Below are positions 11,914-22,354 of a stretch of 41,066 bases of DNA, one piece after another (the first letter of the stretch is position 1; each line of letters starts with the position of its first letter). The notes under the pieces are model-generated. The model saw only the letters and a list, made by a program, of their open reading frames with translations, was not told the origin of the DNA and made no database searches. Origin of the DNA: Chiloscyllium plagiosum (taxonomy: Eukaryota); NCBI RefSeq assembly GCF_004010195.1, contig NC_057752.1:2776711-2817776 (forward strand), read 5' to 3'. The position numbers and the translations under genes are program-made.

Positions 11914-12023
11914 CTCCCTCAGAACCACTGCTGTGCAAATTTGCAGATGGTGGGCAGAAAAAGCGGCAAAACCAGAACAAGTACTTGCAGAATGGCCGGG
12001 CTTGGCCCCGAGATGGAGAGCCG
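11914..12023 (+). CDS. RBMS2: RBMS2-like exon: (A)[36 protein letters not shown]
   Basis: Acceptor TCTTTCAATGCAG, donor CCG|GTAAGA, 110 nt, phase-compatible with the previous exon. [14 protein letters not shown] is the RBMS hallmark, and NGRAWPR favours RBMS2. Confidence 0.95.
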
Positions 12024-12302
12024 GTAAGAAAGGGCCATATGGCCTACTCCTGCTCCTCATTTTGAGTCTCTATGAACTCAGATGTTGCTTTCTCTGTCAC
12101 GTCAACCTTCATACATCAGCCATTCCAGAAACAGTGAGAGGCAAGTAGGTGCCATCTGTACAAACAGGCACAGCCCACGACAGTACCACCAGGCCAAACC
12201 TTGTGTGCATTGTTCCCTTGCCACACTGTCTCCTGTTCTTGCCTCCCATCTTAACCTGCAATAAGCACAAGCTCATCCAACCTCAAGGCAATCTATCAAT
12301 GG

Positions 12303-12497
12303 GATCTGTCCATAAAAATGACCCCGAGATTCCAGTTGCCTGCCACTTCAACACACCACCGTGTTCCCAGGCCAACATTTCTGTTGCTGGTCTGCTGCTG
12401 CGTTCCAGTGAGCCTCAGCGCAAGGACAGCATCACATTTTCCACTTGGGCACCTGCAGCCTCCAGGACTCAACAGAGTTCATTAACTTTAGAGCCTG
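12303..12497 (+). mobile_element. Penelope-like element fragment (GIY-YIG endonuclease C-terminus), frameshifted
   Basis: Translation SVHKNDPEIPVACHFNTPPCSQANISVAGLL..SSEPQRK, then a frameshifted QHHIFHLGT/QPPGLN. This resembles the PVA.HFN and HLIF.LGT..P.GLN motifs of PLE endonucleases. Confidence 0.7.
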
Positions 12498-12647
12498 ATT
12501 CCATCCTTCAATGTTTTTCTACTGACCTCCCACATCCAGTCCTGTAATGACATGGTTGCTTTTAGTACATTTACTCATTCTGTCCTATTCTCAGCTCTCA
12601 CTATCACTTGACTACAAGCCAACTGACTCCCACAGTTACCTTGACTC

Positions 12648-12838
12648 TCTACCTTGAGAGTTGAACTAATCTCTCCTCATAGGTCAGTCCTGCCATCCCC
12701 AGTACCAACCTATTGACCCTCGCTACACTCCCTTTATGGCAAGGATATCCTTTCATAGGTAGGGAGACCCAAACTGCACATAATACTCCGGGTGTGGTCT
12801 CATCAAGGCTGTGTATAGGTGCTGTAAGACATTCCAAG
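12648..12838 (-). mobile_element. CR1 LINE ORF2 fragment
   Basis: Minus-strand translation includes LVLGMAGLTYEERL, and RPHPEYYVQFGSP in another frame, both typical of the CR1 ORF2 C-terminus. Confidence 0.8.
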
Positions 12839-12844
12839 TCTGAA

Positions 12845-12987
12845 CTTAAGATACTCCTTAAAACCAAAACTTTGATCAAGCTGGTGGTTACCAAACTCAT
12901 TACCTCACGTGGTTTGGGGTCAGATTTTGTTTAGTAATACTCCTGTGAAGCATCTTGGGACGTTTTGTTAGACTTAACATAAGTTGT
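12845..12987 (+). mobile_element. L2-like LINE 3' end
   Basis: CTCCTTAAAACC...CTCCTGTGAAGCATCTTGGGACGTTTT...AAGTTGTTGT; same end motif at 13490-13840 and 18100-18310. Confidence 0.55.
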
Positions 12988-13388
12988 TGTGGTACTGCCA
13001 TTGGGCTGGTAATCCAGAGGTCTTGGCTAATGCTCTGGGGTCATAGGTTCAAATCCCACCATTGCAGCTGGTGGAATTTAAATTCAATTAATTGATTACA
13101 GTGAATAATAAAAATGTGGAATTGACAGCTACCCTTAGTGATGGTGACCATGACAACAACCATTGATTTTCATAAAAACACACCTAATTCACTAATGTCC
13201 TTTAGGGAAGGGAATCTGCCATCCTTATTCAGCTGGGCCCATGTGTGACTCCAGACCCACAGCAACATGGTTGATTCTTAACTGTCCTTTGAAGGTTGAG
13301 AAAACTACTCAGTTCAAGGGGCAGCTAAGGATGGGCAGCAAATGCTGGCCTTGCCAGCGATGCCCACTTCCCATGAAAGGATAAAGAA
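12988..13388 (+). mobile_element. tRNA-derived SINE with LINE-type 3' tail
   Basis: B-box-like GGTTCAAATCCC. The tail GGGCAGCAAATGCTGGCCTTGCCAGCGATGCCCAC..CCCATGAA is shared with the LINE ends at ~30700 and ~38800. An inverted homolog lies at 38490-39125. Confidence 0.75.
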
Positions 13389-13489
13389 TAACTTCACTAT
13401 CTCCTCCAAATCACAGCAAGACCTGTTCTCCCATTACCCCTGTGCTGAGCCACTGCCATTAGCTCCCAGTCCTCTTTAACAAACATTTT

Positions 13490-13840
13490 AACTGTTCAAT
13501 TTTCAAATCCCTCCATGGCCCTATGTCTGCCATCCTCCAGCTTCACAACTCTTCAAGATATCTGCCCTCACCTAATTCTGGATTCTTCAATCACACCCAC
13601 TAATGGTGCCCATCTTTCAGCAACATGGACCCCCTGGATTTCCTTTCCTAAACATCTTTGTATCTCCATCTTTCCTCATTTAAGATGCTCCTTAAAACCT
13701 GCTAATCCATCTGAGCTTCAGGTCTTGTGCCCAATTGTCTCCTTCTGCGGCCCAGCATTGCATTTTGTTTGATATTTGCAGCTGCAAAGCACTTTGGGAT
13801 ATTTCACTCTGTTAAAGATGCTCTGCCAAGGCAAGTTGAT
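13490..13840 (+). mobile_element. L2-like LINE 3' fragment
   Basis: TTTTCAAATCCCTCCATGGCC...CCCCTGGATTTCCTTTCCTAAAC...TTTAAGATGCTCCTTAAAACC...GCAAGTTG. Confidence 0.6.
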
Positions 13841-14059
13841 CTTTTTGTTTACCTGCCAAGATTCCAAACGCAAGGAGCTCTCATCGAGAGTCAAGGGGAA
13901 ACTGGACTTTCTGGTGTAATACAAGGCTATGCATAGCACAAAGCTCCTAGGCCGGGATATCCAGCAAGTGCTGACTTGGTTGCTATTTATTGAGGCACAG
14001 TGACCAGGTCTGAACAGGCAGGGAAGGGGAAAAGTTGAGCCAGGGTTAGCAAGACCATA

Positions 14060-15025
14060 AAAGACAAACTATACAAGGGGGCTTATTTCCTGAGGGACAG
14101 AATCGAAAAGGAGGGAAGTTATACTAAACCTGTATGAGCATTGGTCATCTACATTACTGTGTGCGGTTTTGGTCTCCATATTATAGAAAGGATATAGAGG
14201 CACTGGAAAAGGAGCAGAGGAGATTTACAAGGACGTTTGGGCTTAAATACCATGAAGGGATTGACAGATTAGTTTGTTTTCTCTTGAACAAAAGCCACTG
14301 AGGGGTGATCTAATGGAGGTCTTTAAAATGAGGTCTTTTTTGTTCAATTGAACATAGAGAGAATGTTTCCCTTTGCGGGAAAGAGCAGAACCAGAGGTCA
14401 TTAATACAAGATCATCCCTAAAAAAAATCCAACAGAGAATTCAGAAGAGATGCCTTCGCCCAGAGAGCAGTGAGAATGTGGACCTCACTCCCACAGGGAG
14501 TGGTGAAAATGGATACGACAAATAGGTTTAAGGGGAAGCTAAATGAGCAGATGAGGGAGAAGGGATAGAGAGTAATGATGACAGATTTAAATGAGGAAAG
14601 ATGGGAGGAGACTCAAGTGGAGTAAACACAGGAAGGATGTTCTCAATGACCGGCGAGTCCAGAACCAGGGGGTCTAACAGTCTAAGGATACAGAGCAGGT
14701 CATTTAGGACTGAGATGAGAAAAACTTTCTTCATTCAGAGAGTGGGGAGCCTGTGGAATCCTTTGCCACAGAAAGCAGGTGAGGACAAAATATTAAATGT
14801 TTTCAAGAAGGAGTTAGATATAGTTCTTAGGGCTAAAGGGATCAAAGAGTATGGGGTAGAAAGCAGGAACAGGGGACTGAGTTGGATGATTAGCCATGAT
14901 CAGATTGAATGGTGGAACAGAATCGAAGGGCTGAATGGCCTCCTCCTTCTGTTTGCTATGTTTCAATGAGAATGAACACCAGCATGAACCGTTTGGGCCA
15001 AATGTTTCTGTGGGATCTATGGTGC
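14060..15025 (+). mobile_element. Older CR1 LINE 3' fragment with a younger CR1 3' end nested at ~14628-14966
   Basis: ORF 14601-14969 reads RTRG..LRIQSRSFRTEMRKTFFIQRVGSLWNPLP (CR1 C-terminus). The host tail breaks at GGAGTAAACAC and resumes at GAATGAACACCAGCATG. Confidence 0.8.
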
Positions 15026-15340
15026 ACAAAATAATTAACTTGGACCACATGCACGTCAAGACATAATCTTTCCATAATCTAAGAGTTTTTGTTATATTTC
15101 CCCTTTAGTTGATGTCTTTGTGAAATATTCATAATATTTGGAAGCAGTTGTGCAAATAGAGACCTCTTGGGACAAGTGGCTGAACTTAAGGGTGGAGACC
15201 GATTGGAAATTAGGATTTAGAAATGGAGATGTGGCTTTAAATCTTCAGGAATTCAGATTAATTTCATTTGGAGATTAAGGGCTATTTATGCCCAGTTTTC
15301 CTTTAGAAATCAAGTTGGCGCCGACAGTAAGATAGTTTAT

Positions 15341-15638
15341 GGGGTGGCATGGTGGCTCAGTGGTTAGCACTGTTGCCTCACAGCACAAGGGACCCGAGTT
15401 CAATTCCAGCCTCGGGCGACTTTCTGTGTGGAGTTTGCACATCCTCCCCATGTCTGTGTGGGTTTCCTCCGGGTGCTCCGGTTTCCTCCCAGGTTAGGTG
15501 AATTGGCCATGCTAAATTGCCCATAGTGTTAGGTGCATTAGTCAGAGGGAGATGGGTCTGGGTGGGTTGCTCTTCGGAGGGTCAGTGTGGACTTGTTGGG
15601 CCGAAGGGCCTGTTTCCAAACTGTAGGGAATCTAATCA
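15341..15638 (+). mobile_element. HE1-like V-SINE (tRNA-derived)
   Basis: A box TGGCTCAGTGG, B box GAGTTCAATTCC, V-domain TGTGTGGAGTTTGCAC...GGGTTTCCTCCGGGTGCTCCGGTTTCCTCCC, LINE-like tail GGGCCGAAGGGCCTGTTTCC and AATCT end. Confidence 0.9.
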
Positions 15639-15794
15639 TAAGGCTTGTGGAAGGAGATTAAGTGAGTGGGTAGAGTATGATGAGTTACTCTACATTTAGT
15701 CTGTGGAAGGTGCAGATGGAATGAAAGGCCTGTTCTGAATCCAGATCTGGTTACTTACTGTTAATGAGAAGACATTGTTAATTTATTCCCTCAG

Positions 15795-15841
15795 GGCGCA
15801 ATGACTCTTACGTATGACCCAACAACTGCTCTGCAAAATGA
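15795..15841 (+). CDS. RBMS2: RBMS2-like exon: GAMTLTYDPTTALQN(E)
   Basis: Acceptor TTATTCCCTCAG, donor TGA|GTAAGT, 47 nt, in phase. LTYDPTTALQN is RBMS2-like. Confidence 0.92.
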
Positions 15842-16172
15842 GTAAGTATCCTAGCCTTACTGTGATGGTTGCTCCCATTATAATTATCAGATTCTCTTTC
15901 CTTTTTCAGTGCCTTAAGCCTCTCATCACCTATTACCTTGGCTAAGAAAGTAGTGAAGCAACTGTCTGCTGCTCCTCATGATTGATGAATCCACCAAAAA
16001 AACTCAGGCCATCTGAGGCAATCATCTTACATTACAGTGTTGTGTCTGGAAGCTCCAAAGGAGAGACGATTTATTTTCTAAACTGCCAAGAGAAAAGACT
16101 AATGATTTGTTGGCAGATCAAGTCTAATGGCCAGGTGTTGCTGTGGAACACCTTCCTCTGGCTGAGATTTTG

Positions 16173-16263
16173 CCATGGACCACCCTTTTCTAATTGGCCG
16201 AAGCATTTCCATGGACCACCCTTTTCTAATTGGCCGAAGTATTTCCATGGACCACCCTTTTCT
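16173..16263. repeat. 36-bp tandem repeat, 2.5 copies (CCATGGACCACCCTTTTCTAATTGGCCGAAGYATTT)
   Basis: Copies start at 16173, 16209 and 16245, with one substitution between the full copies. Confidence 0.95.
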
Positions 16264-16756
16264 CCTGTGGTGTAAGTTATTGTGATTGTTGGAAATCTGG
16301 CATTCTTGCATTACTCCTGATGAGAGCGAGACAAAAAGAAAAACTTGGACAACTTGTCTCTCATTTCAGCAATTTCTTTCTCCTCGATGTTTCCTTCTAT
16401 CTTCTTCTGACGATGCTGACCTGCAGTTCCTGGCCAATTTATTATCTAGGCCTAAGAGTGACTTTCTGTGATCTTTGCTCTAGTGGAACAAGGATTCCAT
16501 AGGTCTCTGCTCCATTTTTCACATGGCCAGAGGATTTCCAGGGTTTTCCTTGGAGGTGTCTTTGGAAAGTAGGCCATATCCCTTCCCATACCATGAAACA
16601 TGCGAGTCACGTAGTATGTATGGGGCAGGGTTTCCTGTGGTTTTAATGAAGCAGGATCAGAATGGAATGGGAAGAAAACAAGGAATCGCAGGGGAACAAC
16701 AAAATAAACATTTGGCTAACAATGACTGAGTGTCTCTCTGTCCTCTCTTGTTCTAG

Positions 16757-16850
16757 ATTTTATTCTAGTCCATACAGTATTGCTCCAAACAGGATGATCG
16801 CACAGACATCTATCTCACCATACATCACCTCTCCCGTGTCTTCATATCAG
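16757..16850 (+). CDS. RBMS2: RBMS2-like exon: [31 protein letters not shown]
   Basis: Acceptor TCCTCTCTTGTTCTAG, donor CAG|GTGAGT, 94 nt, in phase. Confidence 0.93.
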
Positions 16851-17394
16851 GTGAGTGTTTGTGGATTACCCATGACACAATGCATACTCTCGGTGTAGGC
16901 CTCAGACCTCAAGTGCAGGTTGGGTTGGCAAACATCCAGGATTGCTGCCGTGTCTTTCGGAAAACAGCTAGCATACCCAGGAGCAATACTGTAGATCATA
17001 AACAAAGATATTTTTTAAAAAGGAATCTATTTGAATATTTCGACTCGAGCTTTCATCAAAATTGGAGATTGAGAGGAGCAAAAGTTGCTTGACTGTCAGT
17101 CAAGAATCATCCAACTCTCTCTGATTTTCAATTGCAGTGGAAGGTCTTCCATTGAAAGATGTTGAACCAGTGGTAGCAGAGTGTGTGTGAGAGAGAGAAT
17201 GTATACGGGTGGGGGGTGGGCGGAGGGCGGAGAGGTGGTTGGCAGCAGGAGGTCTTGTGATGATACATCCAGGAATGTACTCAATCAGAGGTGGTGACCC
17301 GAGATACTAGTATGAATATGAGAATACATGATGGACCTCATGTTTTGTTTTAAAGGTTTGTAGACTTTTTTTAAAGTTTAACTGTTTCATGTTC

Positions 17395-17825
17395 CACACA
17401 GAATCAGAGAATTGTTATGGTGTCAAATAGGCCATTCAGCCCATTGTATCACCACTAGTTCTATCCCTTGGTGCCAATCTCCTGCCTTTTCCCCATTTCC
17501 GTGTACCCCATTTCTATCCCAATAACCATCCAATGCCCCTTTTGAATGCCTCAATGGAACCTGCCTCCCCCACATTCCCAGGCACTACATTCCAGACCCT
17601 AACTACTCGCTGGGATGGAAAAGGTTTTCCTCACCTCCCCCACACTTCATCCCTTTCAATCTCTGCCCCTCTCGTTCCTGTTCCTTTTCCATGTGGGAAC
17701 AGCTTGTCCCGATCTACTCTGTCCAACCCACTCATGATTTTAAAAAACCCTATCAGATTTCCCTCTTAGCCGCCTCCTCTCCAAGGAGAACAGTCCCAAT
17801 GTCTTCAATCTCTCCTTCTCACTGA
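17395..17825 (-). mobile_element. CR1 LINE 3' fragment
   Basis: Minus translation ERLKTLGLFSLERRRLRG; tail TAGGCCATTCAGCCC on the + strand. Confidence 0.85.
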
Positions 17826-18099
17826 AGGCGGAGGGAGGGCTTATTTCTTCAAAGTTTAGATGCACAGCCATTACCTCCAGACCCAAATCAATATCAAAGC
17901 TCCAGTGTACAGCTGATGTTTTGGAGCATATTTTAAACATCACTTCAGGTCATGATCACCTCTCAATCTGTACTTTCAAGTGCATTGCTAAGTTTTGGAA
18001 GACAATAAGCTCTCTGCAAGCTCTCTGTGCTCCTCCTATTCTGATCATCTGAGCATCTCTGATTTACATCAGTGGACGTACTGTTGGGGGCTGTGCCTT

Positions 18100-18310
18100 C
18101 AGCCGGTTGGGTCCTAAGTTCTGTATTATTCCCTCCTTGAACCACTCCACCTTCTACTTATCTCTCCTGAGTTAAGATTCTCCTTAAAACCTACCTCTTT
18201 GACCAAACTCTTGGCCACTTGACCCAGTATATCCTTTTGTAACTCGGTGTTCTATGTTGTGATGTTTTTCTGCATTGAAGATGCTATAAAATTAAAGTTA
18301 TTGTTGTTGA
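18100..18310 (+). mobile_element. L2-like LINE 3' end
   Basis: CTCCTTAAAACCTACCTCTTTGACCAA...GATGCTATAAAATTAAAGTTATTGTTGTTG. Confidence 0.6.
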
Positions 18311-18338
18311 CTATTCTCTTGTTTCGTGTCACATGAAG

Positions 18339-18389
18339 GTTCATAGCCCATCCTGGATGCACCATCAGTCGTATCTTATGCAGCCTATG
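18339..18389 (+). CDS. RBMS2: RBMS2-like exon: VHSPSWMHHQSYLMQPM
   Basis: Acceptor ...GTTTCGTGTCACATGAAG, donor ATG|GTAAGT, 51 nt, phase 0-0. SWMHH.SYLMQP is the strongest pointer to RBMS2 over RBMS1/3. Confidence 0.92.
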
Positions 18390-18849
18390 GTAAGTTTTAT
18401 TCTTTTTCCCTTTTCAACTGTATAAAATCAGATCTTGCAGAAGATGTTACCAAAGCTTTTCATTTCACACCTAACTTTCAAACAATCACAATTTATATTA
18501 CGGGAGAAAAGGGTGCTACTTATGGTTTCCTGTTTGTTTCAATGTCTTGGCCAATCAATCTGCTGACCAACTGATCCCTAATGATCTTGCCACCCTTCTG
18601 GAGTTACAGCACTACCTGATCCTGTTCACTGTGGTAACAACAAAGCATACTCTCACCCAACCTGAACTCACTTAAATCTTGGACACCCCCAAAAGACCCC
18701 TAGCTCTCCAGCCCAGGTTTAATCTTCCTTTTTGAACTATGAACCAATTCCAGTCAGGAGAGTGAATGGCAAACCAATCCTTCACAACCCTTTAACCAGC
18801 ACCAGGAAGTGTCCAGTTGTCGACTTGCTACCTTGTCCTTTGACTTACA

Positions 18850-19110
18850 CACAAAATACGAGTAGGAATTGGCCATTCAACCCTTCAAGCTTGCTCCACC
18901 ATTCAATAAGATAGTGACTGATCTGATTTTAATCTCAACTCAATATTTCTGCATATCTACTGATAATCTTTCATCACCATGGTCATCAAGAATCTATTGA
19001 CCTCCATCTTGAAAATATCGACACTCCCAACCCACCTCCATTGTCTTCTGAGGCAGAATTCCAAAGTTGTACAACGCTCTGAGAAAATATTTTTCCTCAT
19101 CTCTGTCTTC
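18850..19110 (-). mobile_element. CR1 LINE 3' end
   Basis: Minus translation KTEMRKNIFSER...IFKMEVNRFL; tail GGCCATTCAACCCTTCAAG. Confidence 0.8.
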
Positions 19111-19299
19111 ATTTGAAAACAGTGTCCTTTTTGGCTGGGCTTAGCCAGGTTGGGCAACCTCCCTGCCTTGTTCAGCCCTCGCTGTCAGCATCAGTTTCTG
19201 GCCACCTTTGGAATATGTTCCCAATGAGAGTCACTGCCTCCAGAAGATTGAATAAACTGAAAGCTCAGAATGGTTTGTGATGCTTGTTTTTTTTTGAAG

Positions 19300-19410
19300 G
19301 GAACAGTAATAACACCTACGATGGACCACACCATGTCTATCCAGCCCACGTCGATGATGGGGCCATTAACCCAACAGCTTAGTCATCTGTCCCTGGGCAG
19401 CACAGGAACG
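19300..19410 (+). CDS. RBMS2: RBMS2-like exon: [37 protein letters not shown]
   Basis: Acceptor T-tract-GAAG, donor ACG|GTAAGT, 111 nt, phase 0-0. Confidence 0.94.
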
Positions 19411-19530
19411 GTAAGTGCTGCCTACACTGGTAGTGCTCTGGGATCATGGGGAAAAGTAAGTGAGTACATAATTAACCTCAAGCAGTTTCTTCTTCATTGT
19501 AAATCAAGGCCTCAGAAGATAAATACCTGC

Positions 19531-20320
19531 TAGCGAGTTTTGAGAGAATTTGTAGCTCAGGTTGAGGTTCTGGCTGAGCTGGAAGGTTGGTTTTCAGATG
19601 TTTCAGCACCATACTAGGTAACATCTTCAGTGAGTCTCTGGATGAAGCACTGGTGGTGTAGCCCGCTTTCTATTTATGTGTTTGGGTTTCCTTGGGTTGG
19701 TGATGTCATTTCCTATGGTAATGTCATTTCCTGTTCTTCTTCCTCAGGGGGTGTAAATGGGATCCAAGTCGATGTGTTTGTTGATAGAGTTCAGGTTGGA
19801 ATGACATGCTTCTAGGAATTCTCGTGCGTGTCTCTATTTGGCTTGTCCTAAGATGGATGTGTTGTCCCAGTTGAAGTGGTGTTCTTCCAAATCCGTATGT
19901 AAGGATCCTAATGAGAGAGGGTCATGTCGTTTTGTGGCTAGTTGATGTTCATGTATTATGGTGGCTAGTTTTCTGCCTGTTTGTCCAATGTAGTGTTTGT
20001 TGCAGTCCTTGCACGGTATTTTGTAAATGAAATTAGTTTTGCTTGTTGTCTGTGTAGGGTCTTTCAAGTTCATTAGCTGCTGTTCTAGTGTGTTGGTGGG
20101 TTTGTGAGCTACCATGAACACACTGACTTGGATCCCATTTACCACCCCCCTGAGAAAAAGAACAGGAAATGACATCACCAACTCAAGGAAACCAAAATGC
20201 ATAAATGGAAAGTGGGATACACCACCAGTGTTTCATTTGAAGGCTCACTGAAGATGTTACCTAGTATGGTGACGAAACGTCTGAAAACCAACTTCCAGCT
20301 CAGCAAGCAAACCTACATCC
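19531..20320 (-). mobile_element. Truncated Penelope-like retroelement: GIY-YIG endonuclease 3' part plus pLTR (minus strand), with an inverted pLTR copy at ~20117-20320
   Basis: Minus ORF 19834-20202 contains IYKIPCKDCNKHYIGQTGRKL..IIHEH (GIY-YIG). 20117-20320 is the reverse complement of ~19570-19780. Flanking repeats ATAAATACCTGC (19519-19530) and ATAAATATCTGC (20321-20332) look like a TSD. Confidence 0.9.
20245..20284 (+). ncRNA. Minimal type I hammerhead ribozyme motif in the Penelope pLTR
   Basis: TCA-CTGAAGA-T-GTTACC(TAGTAT)GGTGAC-GAAA-CG-TC-TGA: intact core, 6-bp stem II, 3-bp stem I, palindromic ACGT stem III. A mutated copy lies on the minus strand at 19594-19633. Confidence 0.75.
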
Positions 20321-20364
20321 ATAAATATCTGCAATGCCACTGACTTGGATGTTCTTGCTGAGTA

Positions 20365-21490
20365 AAAAACACTTTTTTGTCTGTGCTCATCAGGACAGTT
20401 TGCAAGAATACCAGTTCACGGGCAGTACTAACATTTATACGGTATGAAAGGCAAGTGCTGATTGGTTGGCAAGTGGACTCTGACTGGTAGAGGCATTGCC
20501 ATGGAAATGCATCAATTAATGATTATTGGCAATGCTTTGTTTACATTTTAAACTAGACAGGTTGGCTTTAACCTATGCATGGAGTGGGGCCCTGAGAACT
20601 GAACCAGTGAACATGTTTATATTTATATTTTATTGAGTTGAAACAGGTGCAATGTGTGTATATATTCTTTCTATCTATTAGGAACAAGGCCCTGTGTATT
20701 AATATGCCTAGCTTCCTGGCCTCCTTGTAGTTCTAGCTATGGAGTGAGTGCAACGAAGGGTTTTCCCGACTGATTCATGGGATGGCAGGGCTGATGTATG
20801 AAGAGAGACTAGATCGGTTAGGACCAAATTCACCCGAGTTTAGAAGAATGTGAAGGGCTCTCACAGATTAGACAGGATAAATGCAAGAAGGACGTTCCCG
20901 ATGACCAAGGAGTCTTGAACCAAGGTCACAGCCTAAGGATACTGGGTAGGCCATTTCGGACTGAGGTGAGGAGAAATGTGGGGAGTGAGGAGCCTGTGGA
21001 ATTCTCTACCACAGAAAATGGTTGAAGCCAAAATGTTGAATTTTTTCAAGAAGTAGTTAGATATAGTTCTTAGGGCTAAAGGGAATCAAAGGTAGTGGAG
21101 AGAAAGCAGGAAGAGGGGACTGAGTTGGATGATCAGCCATGATCATATTGAATGGCAGAGTGGGTTTGAAGGGCTGAATAACCTGTTCCTGCTCCTATTT
21201 TCCATGTTTCTATGTTTGAGTACAGACAGGTGCATCTCACACACACACATAAGTGCATACCAACCTGCTCACCAATCAGAGTCAACCTTAAAATTTAAAC
21301 AAAGCCTAGTGGTTAACTGTCAATCGTCATTCATTGGTGCATTCTCCATCGCAATGCAACTAGCAATCAGAGTCAACTCACCAACCAATCAACACTCTCC
21401 TCCTGTGCATTATAAATTTTCCCATTGAATTCTTGTGAAGTGTCCAGATGAGTGCAAAGCTTCGACAAAACGTGTCTTTTTTTCAGCAAT
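20365..21490. mobile_element. Old inverted-arm repeat with CCAAT/TATA-like motifs and a degenerate hammerhead (probable Penelope pLTR derivative), split by a CR1 fragment
   Basis: ~20380-20570 is the reverse complement of ~21275-21460 (CAGAGTCCACTTGCCAACCAATCAGCAC vs CAGAGTCAACTCACCAACCAATCAACAC; TGTCCTGATGAG vs TGTCCAGATGAG). Confidence 0.6.
20745..21215 (+). mobile_element. CR1 LINE 3' fragment
   Basis: Closely similar to the copies at 14628-14966 and 27935-28245 (GGGGACTGAGTTGGATGATCAGCCATGATC...TTTCTATGTT). Confidence 0.88.
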
Positions 21491-22029
21491 ACTCCAGGTC
21501 TGTATGACCAAAGAATGGCTTGGAAAGTCTCAGGTTCAACCTGGAATCTGTGTGAGCTGGTTTCAAACATGGCTGCTACAATTGAACAGGGCCTCTAAGA
21601 TGGTGCAGGGAGGGAGAGTTGGGAGGAAGGTGTTGAAACCAGCATGCAGAATCTGCTGGACAGTGTCTGTGAGAATGGGGCTGGCCAGGGAAGATTAGAC
21701 CACCGGCGGCTGACTGGATTCTTGACCAGGAGTGGGAAGTCCAAACAGTTATTTACTTTCACTGGCACAGAGGCTAATTGTAGCAGCCACCATGATGGCA
21801 ATGAGCGACCTCAGCACAGAACAGGCATTGAACCTGCGATCTTCTTTGGCTTATCTACATGGCTCAGTCGCACACTTGTCTGGCTGAACCTCTGGGGATT
21901 GGTGGGGTGCTTGTAGTTTGTTTTCCTTCAAAGAAAGGAAAAGACCACAGTCAGCCCACAACCTGAAGTGTTAACTTGGCTTCCTTGCTTACGTTCTTAC
22001 ATCTAAGTGAAATGCTTGCGGGTTTTTGA

Positions 22030-22190
22030 CCTAGTCAAAAGTTTGAGCGCATAATCCAGGATGAACATTCCCAGAGCAGTACTGAGGGAGTGCTGCACTG
22101 TCAAGAGATGTGGTCTTTTGGATGAGCTGGTAAGCCAAGGCCTCATTGGTCTACTAAATCTCACAGCCTCCTTGGAGATGCTCATTAAAA
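22030..22190 (+). mobile_element. Deu-domain SINE fragment
   Basis: CAGTACTGAGGGAGTGCTGCACTGTC...TCTTTTGGATGAG core of Deu-domain SINEs (AmnSINE1/SacSINE1 family). Confidence 0.65.
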
Positions 22191-22354
22191 CTGATCCCTT
22201 ACGCAAAGTTATTCTAATATCTTTTCACCTGGCTCGGTGAATCATGGTGTGACATTTCATGAAGGGTGTTATATAAACGCAAGTTGTTATTGATGCCTGC
22301 ACACCTTCCCGTGGTGAGCCTCTCCTCCAGGCAACAACAGTGAAGTCTGAATAA

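Noticed and set aside
15341..15415. tRNA-like sequence with A and B boxes
   Set aside because: It continues straight into a V-SINE body and LINE-like tail, so it is a SINE head rather than a tRNA gene.
16173..16263. 36-bp repeat of CRISPR-like length
   Set aside because: Head-to-tail copies without spacers; an ordinary tandem duplication.
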